DNA of 64,000 bases from Carcharhinus longimanus (Eukaryota): positions 35,710,361 through 35,774,360 of the forward strand of contig JASCQW010000109.1 of the NCBI GenBank assembly GCA_030264375.1, given 5' to 3'. The stretch's first letter is position 1. Each line of letters starts with the position of its first letter. The notes beneath the pieces were generated by a model. That model saw only the letters and a list, made by a program, of their open reading frames with translations. It was not told the origin of the DNA and did not search any database. Shown one piece after another: positions 23,640-35,737 of this stretch. The position numbers were made by a program, and so were the translations under genes.

Positions 23640-25320
23640 CTGAGCCTTAATTCAAGCATGGACAAAAGGACTCAAGAGGTGAGATAAAAGTGACTTGACA
23701 TCAGAGCAGGCTTTAATGAATCTAGCATCAAGAAGCCCTAAAAAAAAATTATTAATGGGAATCAGGAGGAAAATTCTCCAGTGGTTTGAATCATAGCTAG
23801 GACAAAGGAGGATAGTTGTGGCTACAAGGCACAAGTCAGGAGTGTAATGGTATCCTATCCACTTACCTGCATGCATGCAGCTCAATTCAAGAAGTTCACC
23901 ACCATCCAGGACAAAGCAAGCAGCTTGACTGACACCCCAATTATGAGCATCAACATTTATTCCCTCCACCACTAGCTCACATTGGCAGCAGAGAACACCA
24001 TCTAAAAGATACACCGCAAAACTGCTTCAAAAGCACCTGCCAAATCCATGACTTCCACCACCTAAAAGGATAAGGGCAGCAGATGCAATGGGAACACCAT
24101 TACCTGCAAGCTCCCCTTCAAGCTACACACCATCCTGACTTAAAACTATGACATCTTTCCTTCACTATTGCTGGGTCAACATCCTTGAGCTCCCTCCCAA
24201 ACAGTACTGCAACAAAAATAACAAGGATAGAGCGTTGTAGGCTAGGCCAGCACTTCTTATCCCCCGCTAATTGCCAAGGTGGTAGTAAGCTACCTTCTCG
24301 AACTGCTTAAATACAATGGGGCTACACCCTCAGTGCTGCTAAATAGGATGTTCCAGGATTTTGACACACCAAGGATGAACAAATAGCAATACATTTCCAA
24401 GGCAAGATGGTTTAGGTCTTGGAGGGGAACTTGATGGACGTGATTTCTTCCCTTGTCCTTCAAGATAATAGGGGTCACAAGTTTGAAAATTGCTTTGAAG
24501 CACCCTTGGAGAGGTGCTGCACTGCATCTTGAAGATGGTGCACTCTGCTGTTGCCAAGCACTAATAGTGGAAGGAGTGAATGTCGAAGGTGGTGGAATGA
24601 AGCACCAGTCAAATGGACTGTTCTATCCTGAATGCCATTTGTCTTTGAGGGCTGTTACAATCACACATTCGTCCAGTGAAATGGAGAGTATATCATGTGA
24701 CGTGTGCTTCATAGATGGTTGGGAAGTCAGCAGCTGAGACACTTACACTTTTAGGCGGGCCTTCCTCCCAGGTGAGGAGCAGCAGTTCCACCTACAGTTA
24801 ATTGACGTTCAATTGAGCCTAAAATGGCTGCAAAACAATTGGAGTTAGTAGGGACGAAAGGAAACCCAGCCATTTGAAAATTTGAGGTTTGTATTTTATG
24901 AGGATGGTTCAGTTTCTGGTTAATCCCGCCACCTTCTCTGAACAGTCACAAATGGAACTAAATATTGCTCACTGTTGATTGTACAATCCCTCACTTCTGA
25001 CCTTATGACAAAATGAAGTTCAATGGTGAAGCAGCTGGATATTGTTGGACCTAGAACATCCTGAGGAACTTTTGCAATAATGTCACCAGGCTGAAGGGAT
25101 TGGCCTCAAATAATGGCAACCATCTTCCTTTGTGCTTGTTAGGACACGAGCCAGTGAACTCCCATTGACTTAATTTTTTACTGGGACACTTTGGTGCTAT
25201 ATTCTATCAAATGCTACCTTTATTGTCAAGGGAAGCAACTTTCACCTTGTTTCTGAACTTTACTCATTTGTTCATGGTTGTAATGAGGTCTCGAGCAAAT
25301 TGGACCTGTTAGAACCCAAA
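23640..25320. mobile_element. Cluster of decayed CR1-clade fragments (family of 425-2020) in both orientations
   Basis: + copy 23640-24230 (GGGCAGCAGATGCAATGGGAACACC) and - copies 24240-24740 and 24950-25320 (GGTGAAGCAGCTGGATATTGTTGGACCTAG, TTATTGTCAAGGG). Confidence 0.6.
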
Positions 25321-25359
25321 CTCATCACTGATAAGTGTTTTCTTTAAAAGTTGTATTCA

Positions 25360-25700
25360 TTGCTGGGAAGTGGTTTTGCCAGGATTGTTTCCCATCTCTA
25401 ATTGCCCTTGAACTGAGACCATTTAGGAATCAACCTCAGGCCTGTGGGCCTGGAATCACATGTGGATCAGACTGGGTAAGGAAGGTAACTTTTCTCCTTA
25501 AGCAAGGATTACTGAAGCAGATGGGTCATTATAATAATTGATGCATGCTCACCATCACTGACTCTAGCTTTATATTTCAGTTTTATTACTTAAATGTAAA
25601 TTCCACCTGCTGCTGTGGTAGGATTGAAGATATGTCCCCAGTGCATTAGCCTGGGCATCTGCTTTACTCGTGCAGTAACATTATAACTATGCTACCATTA
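25360..25700 (-). mobile_element. tRNA-derived SINE (family of 31024-31356)
   Basis: Reverse remnants CTAATTGCCCTTGA, GGAATCACATGTGG..GGGTAAGGA, AAATTCCACCTGCTGCTGTGGTAGGATTGAA. Confidence 0.6.
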
Positions 25701-28700
25701 CCCACTAGGTGATTTGTAAACCACCTTGGTGGAATTTGAATTCACATCTTCAGATTATTAGTTTAGGCCTCTGGGTTGCTAATCCATTAACAGTGTGACT
25801 ATACAAGTGTTACAGATAGGAGGGGGATTAATTTAAACAGCCCCGATTTCTCCTCTCACTACCCACCCATAAACAGAAAGGTAGTTTTGATTTTGCCCTT
25901 TATAGGTATTTTCCTCCACCCTTGGATTAGTAGGGTCCTAATCCTCTATGAACTTAGAACAAACTCCAGACAGGATAAAACAAATAGGGTTGGTTTACTC
26001 CATACAAAATCCCTTTTCTGTGTTTTGCAATGACCACCCCTTTTGAACATATGCAATGAAAGAGTCAAGGGAAAGAAAGGCATATAGGGCCATACCATAN
26101 NNNNNTACAAGGTAGTGTTTTATGTGAGTCCAGAATCAAAAGCCTAATAGAGTGTTTGTTCAAAGGGTAAGACTAGTGGCCTGTCGCAGGGTGATTTGTT
26201 CCCCTAGGTGTGAGACTTCCGCAAGGGGAGAAGACAGGTCAAGTTGAATTTGGCTTGAATGCACCAGTTCTAATGTTCCAGGAATTCACAGTGCAGATTG
26301 TAGTCAGGCAGCTGTACCTGGACAGAGCTCCTGCTGCTGCTACCTGTTCGATGGTAAGTTGGTAGAGAGTGACCTGTTGTTTGCCTGAGGTCAAATGGAA
26401 AATAGATGATTAGACCCAGCAGTTTATTTATTTAAGGAATTCAGAAAACTTAAGTCTTGGTCATATGATAGTTTGCTTTCTGGTTGACTAACACAACACT
26501 TGTTGAAATCCATTGTGTTTTGGAACAAGTAATGGTCAGGTTATTAACACCATATTGGAGGTTAAAACAGCTGCATTTGTCCATAGCTTGCTGGGTCAGA
26601 TATCTTGTCTGCTACCCCATTGTGTTGACTCGAATGTTTAAGCGAGATAAATGTTACATTCCACGCAGTTTGAGTTGTTAGCCTTTGCTCACTTTCAATC
26701 TGCTCAGAAACTTCGGAAGCTAGCAAGTGATCAGCTGGAATTATTATTTATTTTGAAAATCAGAGAAAAATAATCATCTTATAACCTAGCCAGGCTGACG
26801 GAAATTTATTTTTTTTCCTTCCCGTCTCAACTGGTACACTACCTATCCATACAATGCAAGTTTCCTGCTAGATTGTTGTACATCCGTAACTTCTGCCAGC
26901 GTGCTCCTAAAGCAGTCTGCCAAACTACAGCATTTGAAATATTGCAATACTGAACAAAATAATTTGGGTTAAATAATTTCCAAAATATACATTGGAAGGG
27001 TGTTTTCTTGTATAACATGCAGCAATTTAACTGCAATTACATCAAAGATTTGAGTTGCCATGAAAATAGTTTTAAGCATCAAACGTTTGAGCATCTCGAT
27101 TATCAGACTTCAAAGGGACAACATAAAATAAATTGCAGGAAGAAATGAATGTAAAAAGAACAATCTGGATTTTGCATTTATGATATCTGAATCGAGTTAT
27201 TAGTTCCCTCTCACTCCATTATATTTAATCTTTTTCAAATTACTGAAAATGACATTTTTTCTAAGCAAGTGTAATTTCTGTATATTCAAAGTAATCTTTA
27301 ATGTGTTTCTATTTTTTTAAACCATCAAAACTGTATGCTGAATTTCTCAGTGCCGTGAAAATATCTCAAAGCTAGAACAAATTAACAGGCCCTTGACCTA
27401 CCATGTCTATGCCAACCATCAAATACCACTCTATATTAATCCCATTTACCAGCACTTGGAACCATAGCCTATTATGCCTTGGCAATGTAATATCTGTCCA
27501 GATGCTTCTTAAATGTTGAGTGCACTTGTCTCCACCACCCTCTTTGGCAACATGTCCATCACCCTCTGGGGTGAAAAAGTATTTTCCCAGATCCTCTCAA
27601 AGCCACTTACTCCTCACATTAAAACTATGCCCTCAGGTCTTGGACAACACTGCCATGGGGAAAAGATTCTTACGATCTACCCTATCTCTGTCTCTTAATT
27701 TTATATACCTCTCAGATTCACTCAGTCTCCTCTGCTCCAGGGAAAACAAACCCAGCCTACCCAGTCTCTCCTCATAGCTGAAACTTTCCATCCCAGGCAC
27801 CATCCTGCTAACTTCCTCTGCACCCTCTCCAGTGCAATCATATCCTTTTCATAATGTGGTGACCAGAACTGCACACCATATTCCATCTGTGGCCAAACCA
27901 ATGTTGTATAAAGTTGTACCAAGACCACCCTCTCCTATATTCTATGCCCCACCTAATGAAGGCAAACATTCCATCTGCCTTCTTCATCACCCTATCTACC
28001 TGTGCTGCCCCCTTCAGGGATCTATGGACTTATACAGCGGTCCCTTTTCTTTCTTAATATTCCTTAGGGACCTACTGTTCATTGTGTATATCCTACCCTT
28101 ATTTGACCTCCCAAAATGCATCACCTCATATTTACAGGATTAAATTCCATCTGCCATTGCTCTGTTCATTTTACAAGCTGATCAGTATTAGTCTGTAATC
28201 TAAGACTATCCTCCTCGCTATCAGCAACATTACCAATTTTCATGTCATTTGTAAACTTTACAAATGTAACTTCTACGTTCACAGCCAAGTCATTAATGTA
28301 TATAACAAACAGCAAGGGTTCCATCACCGATCCCTGTGGTACACCACTGGTCACAGGCTTCCAATCACAAAAGCAGCATTCCACTATCACCCTTTGCCTC
28401 CTATTTATAAGCTCATTTTGGATTCAATTTGACAACTTTCCTTGGATCCATTAGGCGCTAATCTTTTTGACTAGGCTTCCATGTGGGACCTTGTCAACGG
28501 TCTTACTGAAATCCTTGCAAACCACATCAACTGTGTTATCTTTTAAAAAACTCAATTAAATTGTTGGGCAGGATCTCCCACCAACAAATCCATGCTGACT
28601 ATTGCTAATCAATCTCTGCCTTTCCAGATATTGATTAGTCTTGTCCCTCAGAATTTTTTCCAATAATTTCCCAACCATTACAATATGCTAACTGGGCTAT

Positions 28701-29399
28701 AGTTACCTGGCGTATCCCTGCTGCCTTTCTTGAATAAAGGTGCCACATTAGTTATCCTCCAGTCACTAGGCACTTCATGTGTATCCAGCAAAGATTTAAA
28801 TATCTCTATCAGGGCCTCTGAATCTCTTCCTTTACCTCCCATCACAGTCTGGGATACAGCTGATCAGGCCCTGAGGATTTATGCACAGTTATGCTAACTA
28901 AAACATTTAATAACTTCTCCTTATTANNNNNNNNNNNNNNNNNNNNNNNNNNNNCCCAGTTGAAATCTCCAGCTACAATGTTTTGCTCCTTAGTGAATAC
29001 AGAAGAAAAATGTTAATTTACAATCTCGTCCATGTTCTCTTGCTTCACCCCCAGATTGCCCCTTTGGTCTAATGGGCCCCTACTCTATCTCTGGTCATGC
29101 TCTTGCATCTAATATACATACAAAAAGCCTTGGGGTTTTTCTTAATTTTATCTACCAATGATATTTCATGGTCCCTCTTAATTTATTTGTTAAGCATCCT
29201 GCTACACACACTATGCTATTGAAGGGCATCCCCCATTTTTAGTGCTCTATACTTACTATATATTTGCTTTATTTCCCCCCTTTAAACTCTCGATATCCCT
29301 TGACATTAGGGTTCCCTGGACTTGCTACCCTTGCTCTTCAAGGAACATGTTGGCCTTGAGCTCTCGTTATTTCACTTTTATTCACATTATTTCACGTTC

Positions 29400-29636
29400 C
29401 AGGTACTCCAGTTTCTTCCCACAGTTTAAAGATGTGCCAGTTAGGTGGATTAACCATGTTAATTGTCCCTTAGTGTCCCAAGATGAATAGGTTAGATGAA
29501 TTGGCCATGGAAAATGTGTGGGGTTATGGGGATAGGACAGTGTAGAGGACCTGGGTAATATGCTCTGGCAGAGAGTCGGTGCAGATTCGATGGGCCAAAC
29601 GGCCTCTTCTACACTATAGGGATTCTCCATAATTCT
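29400..29636 (+). mobile_element. HE1-type SINE, 5'-truncated, nested in CR1
   Basis: GGTACTCCAGTTTCTTCCCACAG..AAATTGTCCCTTAGTGTCCCAAG-like..GATGGGCCAAACGGCCTCTTCTACACTATAGGGATTC. Confidence 0.85.
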
Positions 29637-30402
29637 CTTGATGAATGTTGGCAAAGTTATAATCCCTTGCGACTATAACCTTATTCCTCTCATACCTCTG
29701 ATTAGCCAACATATTTGCTCCTCTATCTCCCTTGGACTATTGGGAGACCTGTAATGTAATCACAGCAAAGTGACTGACTCTTTTTTATTTCTAAGCTCCA
29801 TCCAATGGCCTCATTTGAAGAGTCTTCTAAGAAATTCTCTCTCATTACTGCAGTGATGGTCACTTATCAATAATGCAAGGCCCTCTCCTCTCTTGCATCC
29901 TCCTCTATCATGCCTAAAACTTCTAAACCTGGAATGTGGAGTTGCCAGTCCTGCCCTTCTTTCAACCATGTTTCAGTGATTGCAACACTATCATATTTCC
30001 ACTTGCTAATACCCTATGTTTATCTGCCTTATCAGACAGGCACCTTGTATTAAAATAGATACATTTAGCATTCCAGTCCTCCCATTTGCATTATCATGGC
30101 CATGTCTTCTCTGCCTGCTGGACTGTCCTAGTTTTTCTCCTATATCTGACTGAACCTTGCTCCCAACTATATATCTACAATGTCCCAATCCCTTGTCCAA
30201 TTCATTTACAACCTCCTCAAAAGCATGAGCAAAACTTCCAGCAAGGATAATGGACTTGTTCCAATTCAGGTGCAACACATCCAGCTTGTATAGAACCCAC
30301 TGACCCCAGAAACTGTCTTAATGATCCAAAAACCAACCATAGCCACACATTCATCCAACCTATCTTCTAATTCCTATACTCAGTAACATGTGACACTGGA
30401 AG

Positions 30403-31007
30403 TGTAGGAGGGAATAAACGAGGAGTCTTCTAGTCTGTGTCAGGCTTCAATAAAACGGTTTTATTTCCACATGCATGAGGGAAAATCAGACCAGACACAG
30501 TGAAGTCTGGTCTGTATCTAGGCTGATTCTTAAGATACAAAGGCTGTACACATTATTTATACTATTCTCTGGGGTCCAAAGTATTGTCATACAGGATATC
30601 ATTGATACAAATAGCTTGAGTTGATTATAGCTGATCACATTAGGTGGGTCTATTGTCCTGGGTACTTCACATTAATTGGTTGTGTGTGGCTATCCTTGTC
30701 TGTTTTGTGATACAAAAGCAATGTGTGTGATGAATAAGTTTCAGTGGTGTGATAACCACCCCATTTCCCCTGTTTCCAGGAACAACGGCTTCTCTCAACT
30801 CAGTGAAGCTTTGCTAATCAGTTTCAACCCTGCATTGTTCACCAAGGCCTTGAAATGATCTCAATGTAAAGTAACTGTGTTGGCAGTCTGAGATGTTAAT
30901 TGGGCATGTCTGCCTGCAGTTACAGTGGACCTTTTATAGGCATTCCTTTTCCTGCTGTTACATGCACAGCCTGGGTTTGCCTCAATATTGAATTCTGCCC
31001 TACGACA
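30403..31007 (-). mobile_element. Solo LTR (605 bp) with 5-bp target-site duplication
   Basis: Starts TGTAGGAGGG and ends CCCTACGACA (imperfect inverted ends). Flanked by GGAAG at 30398-30402 and 31008-31012, with CR1 continuous across it. A TTTATT near the left end suggests minus orientation (tentative). Confidence 0.82.
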
Positions 31008-31023
31008 GGAAGTAATCCAGATA

Positions 31024-31356
31024 GAGAGGTGATGGCCTAGTGGTATTATTGCTAGACTATTAATCCAGAAACGCAGCTAATGTTCTGGTGACCCAGGTTT
31101 GAATCCCACCACAGCAGATGGTGAACTTGTAATTCAATAAAATATATCTGGAATCAAGAATCTATTGATGACCATAAAACCATTGTTGATTGTCAGGAAA
31201 GCCCATATCATTCTCTAATTCCTTTAGGAAAGAAAATCTGCTGTCCTTACCAGGACTGGCCTACATGTGACTCCACAGCAATGTGGTTGACTGCAAGTAC
31301 CTCCAAGGGCAACTAAGCCAGCCAGCAATGCCCATGTCCCACAAATGAATAAAAAA
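31024..31356 (+). mobile_element. tRNA-derived SINE with CR1-clade tail, nested in CR1
   Basis: A box TGGCCTAGTGG, B box GGTTTGAATCC. Tail GCCAGCAATGCCCATGTCCCACAAATGAATAAAAAA matches the tail of the 425-2020 LINE. Confidence 0.8.
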
Positions 31357-32811
31357 CCTTCAAAGTCCTGCTCTTTAATCTATTACCCAACTTCCTAAAT
31401 TACTTTTGCAGGACCTTATCCCTTTTTCTATCCATGTCGTTGATACCATGTACCATGGCCACTGGATGCTCACCCTTCCCCTTCAGAAGTCCCTGTAGCT
31501 GTACTGAGGCATTCTTAACCATGGCACCAGGGAAGCAACATAACATTTGAAAGACTCATTTGTGACCACAAATGCCTGTCAGCTACCCTTATAATCAAAT
31601 CCCCTATCACTAAAGATTTCCCAGTCTTTTTCCTCCCTAGTGTGCAAAGCCAACTTGTGTGGTAGCATAAACTTTGCTGTTGCTGCTTTCCCCCAAGAGG
31701 GCAATATCCCAATAGTATCAAACATGGCATATCTGTTTGTGAAAGAATGACCACAGGGGACTCCTGCACTACCTACTGACACCTACCAATCTTCCTGGGA
31801 GTCACCAAATGCTTTTTCACCTGTGCAGTCATTCCTTGTGACCAACTCACTAACCGTGTTATCCACAATGTCCTTAGCATCACGGATGCTCCATAGTGAG
31901 TCCATCTGCAGCTCCAGTTGTGTAATACTGTCATTCAGAAGCTGTAGCTGGACACATTTCCTGCATACATGGTTACCAGGAATACTGGAAGTGTCCCTGA
32001 TTTCCCACACATTACAGGAGGAGCATTCTACAGGGCTGAGTTCTTCTTGAACTGTGCTCTGAGTCTTTCCCTTTAATTTAGAGTACGGATTACACACAGG
32101 ACCTTCCTCTACCTTAAACAGTAGCTACTCCAAACTAACATCCCTGAAAGAGTTAAAGAGAAAGAAGACCCACCTGTTTGTTATTCACTAATCAGCTGCC
32201 TCTGCTACTACACCTCACTCTGAATAGTGACAGCACTGAGTTCTGCTGCCAGCTCACCTTGCTGTTTTTGTTCTGAATGCTCTGCTCCACTGCTTTGCAT
32301 TTCCTCATAGGTCAGCTTCTAATTATGATCTGACCAACTACAAATAATAATCTAGTAACCATTACTCAAATTTACACATTTCTCACCAAATCACTTACTC
32401 TCTGTGTTTATGAAACTCTGCTGCACTCTATTCCTGCCCTATTGAACTCCACATTCAGCTTCACCTTTTCCTGTTTCTCCTAACTCTGTTCTCACCAAAC
32501 TCCAGAGCACACTTGTTTTGCCATGCAGGCCTAACTGTTGCCTTCCTTTTTATAGGCCCCCCCCAAAAAAAAACAATGCTTTAGAAACTAGAATAAACAA
32601 GTTATTCTAGTTGTTTAGCTGAGAGTGACTCAGTTAACTCCTGTTTCAGAAATGCTACTAAACTATACACAATCAAAAAGGGCAGCTTTTAGTTAGTAGA
32701 TTAACAAACTAATTTAGCTTGAAATTAGCCCTTTAATTTCTACTTATCCCTTACAAACATACTCCTTGAAACCCCTTGTTTTCACCCAGCCCCAAAGCAC
32801 TTTTTTTTTTG

Positions 32812-32942
32812 CCCACTCGCCTGAAGAAGGAGAAATGCTCCGAAAGCTTGTGATTCCAAAAAAAAACTGTTGGATTGTAACCTAGTGTTGTGAGACTTCT
32901 TACTGTGCCCACCCCAGTCCAATGCTGGCATCTCCACATCAT
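32812..32942 (+). mobile_element. Penelope-like element 3' terminus (second family)
   Basis: ..CTGTTGGATTGTAACCTAGTGTTGTGAGACTTCTTACTGTGCCCACCCCAGTCCAATGCTGGCATCTCCACATCAT; a close copy lies at 39003-39129. Confidence 0.72.
32817..32853 (+). ncRNA. Minimal type I hammerhead ribozyme motif, canonical core
   Basis: UCGC-CUGAAGA-A-GGAG-AAAUG-CUCC-GAAA-GC-UU-GUGA: CUGANGA and GAAA intact, helix II 4 bp, helix I 4 bp (one G-U), palindromic AAGCUU at helix III. Confidence 0.65.
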
Positions 32943-33129
32943 CACTTTTGCCAAGAAACACTCACAGCTTTAAAAAATAGTGAAAAATCAGAGAAGTATG
33001 TTCTGTTTGAAATATTTACTCACTGGGCTTTAAAATAATTTTCTTCATTTCCAAGAGATTCAGTAGCTGGAGCCTCCTCTGTTAGGTATGCTTCAGTGAT
33101 TCTGAGGTTAGCTCCCTTAGTTTGGGCCA

Positions 33130-33320
33130 TTGTTGAGCACTGGCAGGTTTTGGAACCAGATTTGATAGAAGCCTTCTAAAGGGAATTGGATAAATGCTTG
33201 AAGGAGAAAAAAATCCAGAGATATGGGGAGAACACAGGGGAATAGGGCTAAAGAGCTGACAGGGACTCAGTTAACCAAATGGCCTCTTTCCATACTATAT
33301 TATTCCTTAATTCTATGATT
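33130..33320 (+). mobile_element. CR1 LINE 3' tail fragment
   Basis: AAAGGGAATTGGATAAATGCTTGAAGGAG..ATATGGGGAGA..CCAAATGGCCTCTTTCCATACT..TTCTATGATT. Confidence 0.65.
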
Positions 33321-33459
33321 GTAGTTAGACTGATGGATGGTAGTTATTTGTTTATTTATTCTTGGGATGTGGGTGTCATTGGCTGGGCCATCATTCATTG
33401 TCCATCTCATACAAACTGGACTCAAAGAATAACACCTGCCTTACTTCCATTTTTTTAAG

Positions 33460-33624
33460 GAAATTCCATTTTATCACATTTGGAATGGCTGTCAAAGAAA
33501 CCTGCACTGTACCTTCACATTGGAACGGTACAGTCTGTCCACAACTGAACTCAATGGTAAAATTTGGGTTTGGCAAGTCGAAGGAGAAGGACAAAGTTTT
33601 CACATTCACTTCAACTTTCTGAAG
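33460..33624 (+). CDS. UNC5A: UNC5A-like internal coding exon (UPA C-terminal part), 165 nt, phase 0-0
   Basis: Acceptor ttacttccatttttttaag|GAA, donor AAG|gtaaga. EIPFYHIWNGCQRNLHCTFTLERYSLSTTELNGKIWVWQVEGEGQSFHIHFNFLK. The WVWQVEG motif is the UNC5A-type state. The ORF track shows only part of it. Confidence 0.94.
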
Positions 33625-34659
33625 GTAAGAAATGGTGAAATAATTTCCAATGTAACATTATTACGTGATGTAGATGCATATAGCTTGGTAAAGATTGGCT
33701 AACTGTATAATATTTTATTATACCTATGAAACATAATTGTAAGGCTTGGGCTTCATATTCTACTCCTGGTTTATTTCTGTATTATCTCTTTGCTGCAATT
33801 CACTTTGACATTGTTGTGCCATGCTGTTATTTTAGTGGAATAATATGAAATAAATTAGAGCAAGCCGCAGGAATAGCTTTACATTTAACAGAAAAAAGAG
33901 ATGAGTGGACGAATATGAAACCACAGATATTGCTGCTTGCTATCACTCCCAGAGCAGAAGAAGGTGGATCCTTAACAGAGGATTTCCTTATGCACTGATA
34001 TAATATTGCTCAAAAACTGGAAATTGTGATGATTTCCTAAAAGCACAATTGTCAAAAAGGCTTAACCTAGTATCAGTAACTTTTTATTTACCTACTAATT
34101 GAATTCTATTGAACTACTTGATCAGCTGAAAAGAAAATCTATCCCTTCCTTCTTTGACTCAGTAGCCCCCAGTGTCCAAGGGCACTATCGAGGCCTTCTG
34201 TGCTCATTGGGCACCGCAGGAACTGGGTGTGTTATTGACACCTTTAGTCACATTTTATTTCAATGTTTTAAATTTCTTTTCTGCTTTGTTTTCTGTTTTG
34301 GGCTGTTCCCTTCTTTTTGGGGGTTGCCCCTTTTTGATTTAGTTTAGTTAAAAAGATTGACTCAGTAAAATCCAAGGCTACACTGACCAGTTAGCTTGTC
34401 ACACTTTACAATTTAGATCATTCTTACCAAGGAGCTATTGGCTCCTTAGTAATTGGAACAGCAGCAAAAGATTTTAGCGCTCAAAGTTATACCAGAATAC
34501 TATGAGCTCCTGAACCTGCATCTGAACATCCAATATCAAGTCATAATATCTGCATGCAATCCCAGGAATGAAATTTTACTTTGCATTGCCATCATTAACC
34601 ATTTGATCACTTATAAATTTGATCTAAATAGACACAAATTCAAATTTAGCATTATTTTC

Positions 34660-35601
34660 TCTGGTTTCAGCCCTGCTGCCAGCCATGGTCTTATCAGTGA
34701 TGGTGAACACAGTCTCTTCCATGGAGATAAGGAAATATAGATGTGTATGTCCTCTCTAGCTGGAAGAGAGAGGGAAGTGTGTCAGTCAGTGTGTAATGCT
34801 ATGGGTTTAAGTGATCTGCTGATCATAATTGAATAACTGGCAGTGTATGCAATCAGTGAAATGTGGGTGTGAGGGTTACAACAGTGCAAAGTCTATAAGG
34901 GTGAGGTGAAGCCAAGAATGCTAGGCATGAGTTGGCTGCACTGAAAGCCTTTGTGGAGCGAGTGCAAACACAGAGAGAAGTGCTGAATCCATTGGGAGCT
35001 ACGATTGATTAAAAATTATTGTTAGGTGAGTGATTGAGGATCTGGTGCATTGGCAATGTTTAAGGTTAGTGGTGCAGTTAGTGGGATATGTCATTTGACG
35101 TTGATCACTTGAACTAATTGTAGCACTACATTCAGATCCTTGGCTTGACTTCTGCCATTTAACACCACAGCTGTCTGATTCTACTGCCTTCTAAGTGTAT
35201 GTTTGGCAGGTCTACAGCTCCCAATGGATTCAACGCTTCTCTCCTTGTTTGCACTCACTCCACAAAGGCTTTCAATGCATCCAAGAACCTTGAAACACAT
35301 CACTCCCATGTTGCATAATTATTTAGTCATTATCCATGAGAGCGTGACTTGTACATGCACTGCAACCACCTGCTCTAGCCATAGTTCAGCTTCTCGTTCA
35401 GAGGTGTCAGTTGGCTTTAGCTTCTTCTAGGCATGCTCCTGCTTAGGTATACAACTACTCAACAAAGTAGGTAGTGCTGGCATAACACTAGAATCAAGGA
35501 GTATGAAGTTGGTACACTGCCTGAATGACATTGAACAGGGGCACGCTAATCACACATTGCAAACCCTGCACCCGTTTTCGTAGGGTGTTGAATTTAGCCC
35601 C
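34660..35601 (-). mobile_element. PIF/Harbinger remnant with decayed Myb/SANT-like gene
   Basis: Minus-strand remnants (S)RFLD/ALKAFVE*VQTRREALNP and PRI*M*CYN*FK (cf. PRFSD..LE.LV..V..RR..L and PRT..QCRKKFND). TIR-like end TTGAATTTAGCCC. Confidence 0.55.
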
Positions 35602-35737
35602 TGATGACTTTTAAATAACTCTCCAGTACATTTATGCATTTCATTCTGGTAACCAAATAGATCAATTTTGTGAAATATAAGCTTTACAGTTATCTCCAGC
35701 TGAATCTTATACTGTACAAAATAAAGTAAAAATGATT

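Larger units (their letters stand above)
27375..32400 (-). mobile_element. Near full-length decayed CR1 LINE (ORF1 + ORF2) with three nested insertions
   Basis: ORF1: VECSSCNVWEIRD..HVCRKCVQLQLL..ITQLE zinc finger/zipper (31783-32097) and the esterase motif LVIGDLII (31515-31769). ORF2: VTSGVPQGSVM.PLLFVIYINDL (28166-28390) and EYGVQFWSPHY.KD..ALERVQRK (27722-27928). Confidence 0.9.
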
